From a bacterium (lineage in GTDB: Bacteria; Ratteibacteria; UBA8468; B48-G9; DTJG01): 64,000 bases of DNA. Numbering within the stretch: position 1 is the stretch's first letter; each line of letters starts with the position of its first letter. The notes under the pieces were generated by a model. It saw only the letters and a list, made by a program, of their open reading frames with translations. It had not been told where the DNA came from and searched no databases. This document shows positions 30,070 to 39,433 of this stretch, one piece after another. A program made the translations under genes and the position numbers. The stretch covers positions 16,007 through 80,006 of the forward strand of contig JAJYYV010000004.1 in assembly GCA_021800535.1 (NCBI GenBank). Direction: 5' to 3'.

Positions 30070-31362
30070 TTATTTTTGTTTTTCCCACTTTAAAATTTCT
30101 GTAATCTGGCTTAATGTTCCGCCTTTGTCTATTTCTTTTCTAAGTCTGTTTTCTTTTTCCAAAACATCCATTGCTCTATTTGCAATTTCAATTACATTAT
30201 CTTTAGGAATACAAACTATTCCATTGTCATCTCCAATAATCCAATCACCAGGAGAAATAGAAATTCCGGAAATAACAATAGTAATGTTAATCTCCCCAAA
30301 ACCTTTAGGTTCTCCTGCTTGAGGGCATATTATACTTGAAAAAGATGGAAATTTAATTTTTTTTATTTCTTCCACATCCCTTATTGCCCCATTTATAACA
30401 ACCCCTGAAATTTTTTTTATAACCGCACTATGGGTGGCAAGTTCCCCCCATACAGCAGGGGCTACTCCGCCGGCATCAATTACTATAATACTTCCTTCTG
30501 TTGCTATATCAACAGCTTCTACAGGTTTTGCCCAGTCTCCAGGATAGGTTCTTACAGTTACAGCAGGCCCAAACAATTTCATAATTGGTATTATAGGCAT
30601 TATTCCTTTTATCCATCCTTTTCTGTGCATTGCGTCAGATATATTGGATGTAGAGACTTTTTTAAAAATTTTATGAATATTTTCCAGGGAATCTACTCTT
30701 TTATACAATTCTGTGGGTATCTTAATTCTTTTGGAAACAGCCTCTTTTATTTTTTTTGTAGATGATATAGCATTTTCTGATTTGGTTATTGCCCCGCCAA
30801 TAATAAGAATTTTTGCGCCAGCTTGTATAGCATCAACAATATTTTCTGAATTTAATCCTCCGGCAACAGCAAGAGGTATGTCAATATTTTCAGTAATCTC
30901 TTTAATTTTTTCAAAATTTGTTTTTCCTGTCATCTGCTGGTCTATGGGAATATGTGTTCCAATATAATCAGGTTTTAAATCTGCCACCTGTTTTGCTCTT
31001 GTTAGATTATAGGCAGATTCCATTAAATCAACCATTATTTTTATCCCATAATTTTTTCCTGCTTCAATAGATTCTTTAATTGTTTCATCAGAAGCATTAC
31101 CCATTACAACAACAATATCAGCTCCGCTTTTGGCTGCGATTTCAACTTCTGTTCGTCCTGCATCCATAATTTTCATGTCTGCTACGATGGTTTTATCAGG
31201 AAATAATTTTTTTAATTGTCGGACAGATTCCAGACCACATGATTTTATTAAAGGGGTTCCTGCTTCAATCCAGTCTATACCACCTTCAACAGCTTCTTTT
31301 GCAACATTTATTGCTCTATGTAAATCAATAAAATCAAGTGCTACCTGCAATATAGGTTCCAT
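30070..31362 (-). CDS. 3-hexulose-6-phosphate synthase fused to an RraA-like domain
   Basis: LQVALD, IEAGTPLIK and VADMKIMDAG motifs; C-terminal SNISDA...AVWGEL...GAIRD...PGDWIIGDDNG. Confidence 0.88.
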   Translation of the reverse strand: MEPILQVALDFIDLHRAINVAKEAVEGGIDWIEAGTPLIKSCGLESVRQLKKLFPDKTIVADMKIMDAGRTEVEIAAKSGADIVVVMGNASDETIKESIEAGKNYGIKIMVDLMESAYNLTRAKQVADLKPDYIGTHIPIDQQMTGKTNFEKIKEITENIDIPLAVAGGLNSENIVDAIQAGAKILIIGGAITKSENAISSTKKIKEAVSKRIKIPTELYKRVDSLENIHKIFKKVSTSNISDAMHRKGWIKGIMPIIPIMKLFGPAVTVRTYPGDWAKPVEAVDIATEGSIIVIDAGGVAPAVWGELATHSAVIKKISGVVINGAIRDVEEIKKIKFPSFSSIICPQAGEPKGFGEINITIVISGISISPGDWIIGDDNGIVCIPKDNVIEIANRAMDVLEKENRLRKEIDKGGTLSQITEILKWEKQK

Positions 31363-31467
31363 TTGACTTTTCCTTATTTTTAAATTATAATAAAATATCT
31401 TTTTTTAGTATATTTTATCATATTATTGAAAACTTTATACATTTAAAAAGGAGCAATAAAAGGAGCA

Positions 31468-32652
31468 ATGAAAATGCCACAAAGACTAACCAAAACTGCA
31501 AATGAAGTATTTGCAGAGGCAATGAGACAGATAAATCCCGATGTTGTTGCAGCATATCCAATAACTCCGGCAACAGAAGTAGTCCAGATTTTTTCTCAGT
31601 TTGTAGCAGATGGAAAAGTAAAAACAGAATTTGTAGCAGTTGAAAGTGAGCATAGTGCAATGAGTGCCTGTATTGGGGCATCTGCCTGTGGTGTTAGAAC
31701 ATTAACAGGAACATCTTCCCAGGGGCTTGCATATATGTGGGAGATGCTCTATATTGCTTCAGGATTAAGACTGCCTATTGTAATGGCTGTAGTTAATAGG
31801 GCTCTTTCTTCTCCAATTAATATTCATTGTGATCATTCTGATACAATGGGAGCAAGAGACTGCGGATGGATACAAATATTTTCTGAAAATGTTCAGGAGT
31901 CTTATGATAATTTTTTACAGGCAGTAAGAATAGCAGAACATCAGGATGTCAGACTCCCTGTAATGGTGACAACAGATGGTTTTATTTTAAGTCATTGTCT
32001 TGAGGTGGTTGAAGTTTTGGAAGATGAAACAGTGAGAAAATTTATAGGGGAAAATCCTGAAAGAAAAAGTATTCTTGATGTTGAAAATCCCTTTACACTT
32101 GGTGCTCTTGACCTACAGGATTATTATTTTGAACATAAACGACAGCAGGCTGAAGGGATGAAAAACAGTTTAAATTTAATACCTTTAATAGGTAAAGAAT
32201 TTGGAGATAAATTTGGCAGATATTATGATTTTGCAGAATCATATAAACTTGATGATGCAGAAATTGCTATTGTTATTATGGGTTCAACTGCAGGGACAGC
32301 AAAAGATGTGGTGGATCAATTAAGAGATGAAGGGAAAAAAGTTGGTCTTTTAAAATTAAGAGTTTTCAGGCCTTTTCCTGCAAATGTTATACAAAAAGCA
32401 TTAGAAAATATAAAAGTTGTTGGTATAATGGACAGAGCAGATAGTGTAAATGCAATATCTGGACCTCTTTATCCAGAGATATGCACCAGTCTTTATGATT
32501 CTGACAAAAAACCATTACTTGTAGATTATATTTATGGACTTGGTGGAAGAGAAGTTAGAGAAGAAGATATACAACTTGTTTTTTCAGAATTGTTTAATAT
32601 TCTAAAAACAGGTAAAACATATAATCTTAAATATATTGGTGTACGAGAATAA
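31468..32652 (+). CDS. porA: Pyruvate:ferredoxin oxidoreductase alpha subunit
   Basis: AAYPITP, VESEHSAMSAC.GAS, TSSQGL and YIYGLGGR motifs. Confidence 0.93.
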   Translation: MKMPQRLTKTANEVFAEAMRQINPDVVAAYPITPATEVVQIFSQFVADGKVKTEFVAVESEHSAMSACIGASACGVRTLTGTSSQGLAYMWEMLYIASGLRLPIVMAVVNRALSSPINIHCDHSDTMGARDCGWIQIFSENVQESYDNFLQAVRIAEHQDVRLPVMVTTDGFILSHCLEVVEVLEDETVRKFIGENPERKSILDVENPFTLGALDLQDYYFEHKRQQAEGMKNSLNLIPLIGKEFGDKFGRYYDFAESYKLDDAEIAIVIMGSTAGTAKDVVDQLRDEGKKVGLLKLRVFRPFPANVIQKALENIKVVGIMDRADSVNAISGPLYPEICTSLYDSDKKPLLVDYIYGLGGREVREEDIQLVFSELFNILKTGKTYNLKYIGVRE

Positions 32653-32670
32653 AATAAGGAGATTTTAAAA

Positions 32671-33588
32671 ATGCCTACATTAAAAGATCTTTCAAAAAGA
32701 GAAGAAAGATTTGTAAGTGGACACAGGCTATGTCCTGGTTGTGGGGCCGCAATTGTTGTAAAACTTGTATTATCCGCTATTGAAAAGCCTGTTGTTGTTG
32801 GTTGTGCTACTGGTTGTTTAGAAGTGGCTTCCACCATATTTCCATTTTCAAGCTGGACATCTCCATTTATTCATTCTGCATTTGAAAATGTTGCTGCTAC
32901 AATGAGTGGGGTGGAACCTGCTTATCGGTCATTAAAAAAACAAGGAAAGATGGATAAAGATATAGTATTTGTTGCTTTTGGAGGTGATGGAGGAACTTAT
33001 GATATAGGATTACAATCCCTTTCCGGAGCTGCTGAAAGAGGCCATAAAATTATTTATATCTGTTATAACAATCAGGCTTATATGAATACAGGTATTCAGC
33101 GTTCCGGAGCTACACCAAAAGGAGCTTCCACATCAACAAGTCCTGCCGGTAAAGTAATACCGGGAAAAGTTCAATTTCAAAAAGACTTAACAGAAATAAT
33201 GGTTGCTCATGAGGTTCCATATGTTGCCACTTCTATTATTGGTAGATGGAATGACCTTGTGTCAAAAGTTGAGAAAGCATCAAAAACTGATGGATTTTCT
33301 TTTATTAATGTTTTATCTCCATGTAGACTCGGTTGGCCGCATGACCCGGTTTTAACTCTTGAAATTACAAGGGTTGCAGCTGATACATGTGTTTGGCCTG
33401 TCTATGAAGTAGTCAATGGTAAGTATAAAATTACATATAAACCAAAAGAGAAAAAACCTATAACAGAATGGTTAAAGATGCAAGGAAGATTTGCCCATTT
33501 ATTAAAACCGGAAAATGAGTCTTTATTAAAATCTATCCAGGATGAAGTGGATAGAAAATGGGAGATTTTATTAAAAAAGTCTGAATAA
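32671..33588 (+). CDS. porB: Pyruvate:ferredoxin oxidoreductase beta subunit
   Basis: GHRLCPGCG, ATGCLEV, GGDGGTYDIG and YMNTGIQRS motifs. Confidence 0.93.
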   Translation: MPTLKDLSKREERFVSGHRLCPGCGAAIVVKLVLSAIEKPVVVGCATGCLEVASTIFPFSSWTSPFIHSAFENVAATMSGVEPAYRSLKKQGKMDKDIVFVAFGGDGGTYDIGLQSLSGAAERGHKIIYICYNNQAYMNTGIQRSGATPKGASTSTSPAGKVIPGKVQFQKDLTEIMVAHEVPYVATSIIGRWNDLVSKVEKASKTDGFSFINVLSPCRLGWPHDPVLTLEITRVAADTCVWPVYEVVNGKYKITYKPKEKKPITEWLKMQGRFAHLLKPENESLLKSIQDEVDRKWEILLKKSE

Positions 33589-33603
33589 AAAAGCAAGGAG
33601 GAG

Positions 33604-33900
33604 ATGAAAGATATGCCTACTTATGAATATTTATGTTGTGATTGTGGGGAAAAGTTTGAAATATTTCAAAAAATTACAGATGAACCAATAAAAAAGTGTT
33701 CTAAATGTGGTGGTAAAGTTAAAAAATTAATCAGTTTAGGTGGTGGGGTAATATATAAGGGGTCTGGATTTTACACTACAGAATATAGAAGTGAGGAATA
33801 TAAAAGAAAAGCGAAAGAAGAAACCCCGGTTTCTTCTTCCACTGCGTGTAATGTGTGCAATAACAAAACCCCAAGCTGCCCTGTCAGCAAGCAGCAATAA
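33604..33900 (+). CDS. FmdB-family zinc-ribbon protein
   Basis: MPTYEY.C.DCG...C.KCGG...YKGSGFYTTEY. Confidence 0.88.
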   Translation: MKDMPTYEYLCCDCGEKFEIFQKITDEPIKKCSKCGGKVKKLISLGGGVIYKGSGFYTTEYRSEEYKRKAKEETPVSSSTACNVCNNKTPSCPVSKQQ

Positions 33901-33909
33901 ACATGGATA

Positions 33910-33980
33910 TAAAATAATTCCGGCGTAGCTTCAGCCAAAGGCTGATCCGCCGTGGCGGACAATGAAGCGTGGAGCATCCG
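33910..33980 (+). repeat. Disrupted copy of the tRNA-Asn 5' end containing two GC-rich hairpins
   Basis: 33910-33930 equals 34210-34230 (21 bp). Then TCAGCC-AAA-GGCTGA and TCCGCC-GT-GGCGGA, then CAATG and GAGCATCCG matching the tRNA again. Confidence 0.8.
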
Positions 33981-34228
33981 TGAAGTATTATATATATGTA
34001 TTAAAAAGTACAGTTATTCAAAAGAGATATATTGGATATACATCAAAAGATCCTTGGAAACGATTAAAAGAACATAATCAGGGTGGTAATAAATGGACAA
34101 GAAGTGTTCGGCCTTTAGAATTAATTTATTATGAAACTTATGACACTTCTCAAGAAGCAAGAAAACGGGAAAAATTTCTCAAAACAGGTAGGGGCAGAGA
34201 GTTTCTTTCTAAAATAATTCCGGCGTAG
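33980..34228 (+). CDS. Small GIY-YIG nuclease-family protein
   Basis: YYIYVLKS...YIGYT..DP.KRL.EHN.G...E...A.KRE..LK motif. Start at GTG 33980 or ATG 33962. The TAG stop lies inside the tRNA gene. Confidence 0.9.
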   Translation: MKYYIYVLKSTVIQKRYIGYTSKDPWKRLKEHNQGGNKWTRSVRPLELIYYETYDTSQEARKREKFLKTGRGREFLSKIIPA

Positions 34229-34530
34229 CTCAATGGTAGAGCATCCGGCTGTACAATTGCAGCTTCCACAAGAAATTGTGGTTGAAAAATCAGGTGAATT
34301 CAGGGGAATCCATTTTTTTAATGGACAATCCTGAGCCAAGTTCTGAGTATATCTCAGAAAAGGTGCAGAGACTATCCCAGAAGGGAGTACTCTCCGTTTA
34401 TAACGGAGCGGAAGCGCCTGACACCTTATTTTCAAAACTTTGAAAAAAGGTGAAGATATAGTCCAAGCCTTAAAGTAATTTAGGGGCACTTGTAACCGGA
34501 GGGTTGTAGGTTCGAATCCTACCGCCGGAG
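34219..34530 (+). tRNA. tRNA-Asn(GTT) split by a group I intron (exons 34219-34252 and 34493-34530)
   Basis: Joined exons give acceptor TCCGGCG/CGCCGGA, anticodon arm TCCGG-CTGTTAA-CCGGA, T-arm GTAGG-TTCGAAT-CCTAC and discriminator G. Confidence 0.92.
34253..34492 (+). ncRNA. Group I self-splicing intron (240 nt, no ORF)
   Basis: Exon ends in U and intron ends in G. P1 GCUGU/GCAGC has a U-G wobble. Core elements AATTCAGGGGAA, AATCCTGAGC, GCAGAGACTA and AAGATATAGTCC; P3 TCAGGTG/CGCCTGA; P7 GACTA/TAGTC. Confidence 0.92.
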
Positions 34531-34551
34531 CTATGAAGTTATACTTTGAAA

Positions 34552-34663
34552 GGTAGGATTCGAATAGAGCGAAGTAAGGGATTATGAGCGAGCGTAACAA
34601 TCCCAGCGAGTGGCCGACCCCAAGTGTAGTGAGAACGAGGGGCGCCGAATCCTACCGCCGGAG
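34552..34663 (+). repeat. Inverted (13 bp) and direct (18 bp) copies of the tRNA-Asn 3' end
   Basis: 34552-34564 is the reverse complement of 34511-34523. 34646-34663 equals 34513-34530. Confidence 0.85.
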
Positions 34664-34698
34664 TTTTAATCTCTAAATACTCAGTGAATATTTACTAT

Positions 34699-35115
34699 TT
34701 ATTGAAGATTTGTTCCTGTACTGGACATACTTAAGGTTGAATGTTTTATACCCTTTAAGGATTTTAATGTATCTGTAAGTTTTATTATTAATTGAGGCAG
34801 ACCTTTAACTGCAACAATTTCTAAGCAATTATCATGGTCTAAATGAATATGTTGTGTTGATATAATTTCTTTTTGAAAATTATGTTGAATATCAAGGACT
34901 TTATTAACAACTTCTCTTTTATGATGATTATAAATAAGAGTTATTGCTCCTACAACCTCTTTATTTTCACTCCATTCTTTTTTTATCAGTTCCTGTCTTA
35001 TCATATCCCTTAATGCTTCGGAACGGTTGTTGTACTTTTTATTTTTTATAAGTTTATCAAATTCCTCAATAAGCTCTTTAGGTAAAGAAACCCCAAATCT
35101 AAATATTTTTGACAT
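34699..35115 (-). CDS. nikR: Nickel-responsive regulator NikR
   Basis: RFGVSL...NRSEALRD ribbon-helix-helix and HIHLDHDNCLE motif. Confidence 0.95.
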   Translation of the reverse strand: MSKIFRFGVSLPKELIEEFDKLIKNKKYNNRSEALRDMIRQELIKKEWSENKEVVGAITLIYNHHKREVVNKVLDIQHNFQKEIISTQHIHLDHDNCLEIVAVKGLPQLIIKLTDTLKSLKGIKHSTLSMSSTGTNLQ

Positions 35116-35150
35116 GTTTTATCTTCCTCTTTTCATATTATAATATATAT

Positions 35151-35663
35151 TTACCAGTAAATAAATCTTGTAAATATTTTATAGTCGTATGGGTGGAGTT
35201 TTTCAACATTTGGAATAACATATCTATCCTCAAATATATCAATAAGAATTTTCCCTTTTGCTCCATAATCAATCGCCTTACTATGTTCCCATCTCATAAC
35301 AAATTTTTTATGGCCCTTATCTGTTTCAACATCAAAAAAAAGCATTCCAAATTCTAATTTTACAGAAAATATTTGAAATATTTCATAAGAAAAATAATAT
35401 TTATTTAAAGAATCAAGAATGAGTTTTTTTTCTTCTTCGGGAAAAGCATCTATTTGTTCTATAATTCCTATTTCAATAATCTTTTCTGTTATATCCTGAT
35501 AAAAAAGAGATATAAATTTATAGATATTTGTTATAGGAAAAAGTGAAGAAGCAAAGACTCCATAATATTTTTTATTCTCATCAGGGATTTCTACTGTGAG
35601 AGAATCATAATTATCTTTTTCTATTTTTATATTTTCGGGTGTTAATTTTTTTATCTCATCCAT
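35151..35663 (-). CDS. DUF1854-like protein
   Basis: LFPIT...ISL...EIGII...VETDKG...LIDIFEDRY.IP pattern. Follows an ABC transporter gene. Confidence 0.7.
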   Translation of the reverse strand: MDEIKKLTPENIKIEKDNYDSLTVEIPDENKKYYGVFASSLFPITNIYKFISLFYQDITEKIIEIGIIEQIDAFPEEEKKLILDSLNKYYFSYEIFQIFSVKLEFGMLFFDVETDKGHKKFVMRWEHSKAIDYGAKGKILIDIFEDRYVIPNVEKLHPYDYKIFTRFIYW

Positions 35664-35664
35664 T

Positions 35665-37863
35665 TTATTTAAATTCTTCTATTTTTGTAAGTTCAGTTTG
35701 TATTTTTATAAGTTTATAATAAACTCCTTTTAATTCCATAAGATTTTGGTGAGAACCCCATTCAATAATTTTTCCATCATCAATAACATATATTCTATTT
35801 ACATCTTTTAAGGTGGAAAGTCTATGTGCAATAATAATTGAGGTTTTTCCTTTAATAAGATTATAAAGGGCATCCTGTATCTTTTTTTCACTTTCTGTAT
35901 CAACAGAACTGGTCGCTTCATCAAGAATAAGGATGGGAACATCACATAAAAGAGCTCTGGCAATTCCAATTCTTTGTTTTTCCCCACCAGAAAGTCCCGA
36001 GCCGCTTTCTCCAAGCCATGTATCATAACCATGCGGTGTTTTCATTATAAATTCATGCGCATTGGCATACATTGCTGCCTGAATAATTTCGTCCATATTG
36101 GCATTGGGTTTCCCATATCTTATATTATCAGCAATAGTTCCCCGGAAAAGGAATGGTTCCTGAAGAACCAGCCCTATATGTTTTCTTAATTCGTAAGAGG
36201 ATATTTCTTTTAAGTTTACTCCTTCAATATATATATTGCCTTTTTGAACTTCATAAAATTTACATATAAGATTAATAAGAGTTGTTTTTCCGCTTCCACT
36301 TTTTCCAACTATTCCAATAGCTTCACCGGCATTTATTTTAAATGAAACATCTTTTATGATAGGAAGGTAAGGGTCATAACCAAAATGAACATGCTGGAAT
36401 TCAATATTTCCTTTAATATCCGGAATATTTTTTGCGCTTAATTTTGATTCTTCCAAGGTTGGTTCAGTATCAAGAATTTCAAATATTCTATGCGTGGCAG
36501 TACTAAAAGAACTAAACCATGTTGAAAGAAGAGCAAGGCTTGATAATGGAGCATAAAACATCCCTATATAACTTAAAAATGCCATTAGGTCTCCTAAAGT
36601 TAGGGAACCTGTAAGAACTTTTTTCCCTCCAGCATACCAGACAATAAAACCTCCAACACCAAATAAAAAAGTCATTATTGGATTAAAAATAGCTGTTTTT
36701 ATTTGGACTTCTCTCAGGGCATCCATATATTTGCCTGAGGTTGCGGAAAATCTTTCTATTTCTTTATTTTCCTGGGAAAAAGCTTTAACAAGTTTCATTC
36801 CGGATAGAATATTATCAAGAAGATTAGACATTTTTGAACGACTATCCCATACCTGAAAATTTTGTGGATATATTTTTTCCCAGAAATATAATGTTCCAAA
36901 GATTACAAAAGGTATGGGAATTATAACATAAATGGCCAGTCTGACATTAATGGAAAATAACATAATTCCTATACCAATTATTAAAATAATATTTAATAAA
37001 AATCCTTGACCTGCCTGTGTAACAAATCCATTAAATGCTTCTATATCTGATAAAAATCTGGCTATTAATGAACCGACTGAATGCTGGTCGTAATAATCTA
37101 TAGATAATTCCTGAAGTTTTTTAAAAAGTTTTTCTCTTAATTCATAAGTGACTTTTGTTCCGACAGAGGTGGAAATAGTTCCTACAATCATAGTTATTAG
37201 AGCGCTTAAAAATGCAGCGCTTACAAGAGCAATTACTATAAAAGGAAGCCAGGATATATGGTCTTTGGTTGTAAGAACATCATCAATAAGTATTCTTATT
37301 AATTGTGGTGGCAGAAGACTTAAACCCACACCAATGATTGTGAAAAAAAGAAGGATAAAAATCCATCCTGTTTGTGGTCCAATAAGAGTAAGCACCCGTT
37401 TCATTATATTACCCTGTTGTAAACATTTCGGACAACTGGACAATTTTGATTGCAGAGGAAGTCCGCATATAGGACAAAGAAGTGGAGGGTGCCCATTTAT
37501 TATTTTATCTGAAACCTCTTTTTTATTTTTGAGATTTTCTATCTGAAGAATAAGGTCTTCAAATCTATACCTTAAAGAGTTGGAAAATCTTATAACATCT
37601 ATAAACAAATTATCAATATTTACCTGTAAAAAAGCGCTCCCAACAGTTTGGCGTATTTTTAAAGATTGTATTCTGGAAAGATCTAAAATAATTTCATCCT
37701 GCATGCCTGATTCAGGAAAAACAATAAATTTATTTTCAGTGATAATAATCCATATCTTCGCAGGATTTCCTGAAATATCCAAATCTGTATATGTTTTTAT
37801 TTTTATATCAGATTTTTTTACATCTGATGTATTTAATTTTTTAAATAAATAATCATTATCCAT
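35665..37863 (-). CDS. ABC exporter (TMD+NBD) with N-terminal extension and zinc-ribbon-like motif
   Basis: GKSGSGKTT, LSGGEKQR, ILDEATS and IAHRLST motifs; CPICG...CPKC precedes the TMD. Confidence 0.9.
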   Translation of the reverse strand: MDNDYLFKKLNTSDVKKSDIKIKTYTDLDISGNPAKIWIIITENKFIVFPESGMQDEIILDLSRIQSLKIRQTVGSAFLQVNIDNLFIDVIRFSNSLRYRFEDLILQIENLKNKKEVSDKIINGHPPLLCPICGLPLQSKLSSCPKCLQQGNIMKRVLTLIGPQTGWIFILLFFTIIGVGLSLLPPQLIRILIDDVLTTKDHISWLPFIVIALVSAAFLSALITMIVGTISTSVGTKVTYELREKLFKKLQELSIDYYDQHSVGSLIARFLSDIEAFNGFVTQAGQGFLLNIILIIGIGIMLFSINVRLAIYVIIPIPFVIFGTLYFWEKIYPQNFQVWDSRSKMSNLLDNILSGMKLVKAFSQENKEIERFSATSGKYMDALREVQIKTAIFNPIMTFLFGVGGFIVWYAGGKKVLTGSLTLGDLMAFLSYIGMFYAPLSSLALLSTWFSSFSTATHRIFEILDTEPTLEESKLSAKNIPDIKGNIEFQHVHFGYDPYLPIIKDVSFKINAGEAIGIVGKSGSGKTTLINLICKFYEVQKGNIYIEGVNLKEISSYELRKHIGLVLQEPFLFRGTIADNIRYGKPNANMDEIIQAAMYANAHEFIMKTPHGYDTWLGESGSGLSGGEKQRIGIARALLCDVPILILDEATSSVDTESEKKIQDALYNLIKGKTSIIIAHRLSTLKDVNRIYVIDDGKIIEWGSHQNLMELKGVYYKLIKIQTELTKIEEFK

Positions 37864-37871
37864 TTAAACTA

Positions 37872-39389
37872 TTATACCGGAAGTGTAAAATAAAAAATTG
37901 CACCTTCATTTTCTTTTGATTCAGCCCATACCTTTCCAGCATGTCTTTTAATTATTTTGTTAACTATGGCTAATCCTATTCCGTCTCCATCATATTCTTT
38001 TTTATTATGGGCTTTTTCCAGAATATTAAAAATTTTATTTGCATATATTATATTAAATCCAATACCATTGTCTTTAACATAAAAACATTTTTCATTTTCT
38101 TTTTCCCATCCCCCAATTTCAATGATAGCCGTTTCTTTGTTTTTAGTAAATTTTATTGCATTTAAAATAAGATTATATAAAACTTCTTTGACACTTACAA
38201 TATCTCCTCTGGCTTTAGGTATTGATTTTATATTTAAAATAATATTTCTGTCCGGACATGAAAGTCTGATTTCTTCAAAAATATCTCGAGCTATTATTTC
38301 AATTGAAATATCCTGAACTTCCAATTTTTTCATACTTGACCTGAAAAAATGAAGTAGTTCTTCAATAAGTTTTTGTCCTTTTTTTGATTCTTCTTTAACT
38401 ATTTCAAGATATTTTAATGATTTTTCTGAAATTAAATTTTTAGAGTCTTCTATTATATTTTTTGTGGCTATACCAATAATATTAAAAGGTGTTTTTAAGT
38501 CATGAGATATTGACCAGTTAAAATCTTCAAGGTCTTTATTTATTATTTCAAGGTCTCTTATATTTTGTTGAAGCTGTTTATTTAAATCGTTTAATTTGTC
38601 ATGATTGTCTTTTAATTCTTTAAAAAGCATAGTATATGGTTTGGTTAGAGTGGTTTCAATTATCCCTTTATATAATAAATAAAAAGCAAGAATAGTTATT
38701 GTAGATGCTAAAAATATAAAAATTTCAGGAATATCTTTCTGAATTGAAAATATAGGTATTGTAATTATAAATAAAATAATAGATATTAACAAAAATTTAA
38801 ATATTTCCTTATCAAAAATATTCTTTTTTTTATAAAGCAGCATGATGGAAATTATTAATAGTCCTGAAATAATATAATCACTTAATTCATTAAAGTCTGT
38901 AAGTCCCAAATTATTTTTCCAGTTTGCCGGAAAAATTCCTTTGTATATCAGAAAAAATATAATAAAAATAATTCCTGCCCAGATTGGGATTACTATATAT
39001 GTTTTTATCTTTTTGTTTATAAAATAAAAAGATAATATTAAAGATAATGCCAAAAAATATTCTGAAACAAGTTTAACCTGTTGGTGAATATTGGCAGTTT
39101 TTAACACCACAGGCATTGGCATGCTGCTATATAAAATTATATGAACAATATGAACCACTCCAATAAAAAATAAAGAAATTCCCAGAAAAACAAAAAAATT
39201 ATTTTTTATAAAGACTCTTGAATTCCATGTTACAAAGAAAATTCCAAGACATATAACCACAGCAAAAATTTCTGATATGGTTTGAAAAAGTATAACACTA
39301 TATTGATTTATAATATAAAGAAATAAGAAAATTAAAAATCCTGTTAAAATCCTGACAGAAACTTCCTCAGAAAAATTAAATTTGTTCAT
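37872..39389 (-). CDS. MASE3-type membrane sensor histidine kinase
   Basis: Multi-TM N-terminus; ISHDLKTP, NAIKF, VKDNGIG and GIGLAIV motifs. Confidence 0.85.
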   Translation of the reverse strand: MNKFNFSEEVSVRILTGFLIFLFLYIINQYSVILFQTISEIFAVVICLGIFFVTWNSRVFIKNNFFVFLGISLFFIGVVHIVHIILYSSMPMPVVLKTANIHQQVKLVSEYFLALSLILSFYFINKKIKTYIVIPIWAGIIFIIFFLIYKGIFPANWKNNLGLTDFNELSDYIISGLLIISIMLLYKKKNIFDKEIFKFLLISIILFIITIPIFSIQKDIPEIFIFLASTITILAFYLLYKGIIETTLTKPYTMLFKELKDNHDKLNDLNKQLQQNIRDLEIINKDLEDFNWSISHDLKTPFNIIGIATKNIIEDSKNLISEKSLKYLEIVKEESKKGQKLIEELLHFFRSSMKKLEVQDISIEIIARDIFEEIRLSCPDRNIILNIKSIPKARGDIVSVKEVLYNLILNAIKFTKNKETAIIEIGGWEKENEKCFYVKDNGIGFNIIYANKIFNILEKAHNKKEYDGDGIGLAIVNKIIKRHAGKVWAESKENEGAIFYFTLPV

Positions 39390-39433
39390 CTAAATAATTA
39401 TACTATTTCATAGAGTCTTTTTAAATAGATTAC

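Noticed and set aside
34219..34260. tRNA-Tyr(GTA) reading of CTGTACA
   Set aside because: The anticodon stem cannot close there. Removing the intron gives a perfect Asn(GTT) arm.
34121..34600. 159-aa minus-strand ORF
   Set aside because: Antisense to the tRNA and intron; the GFEP string is the typical translation of a reversed T-arm.
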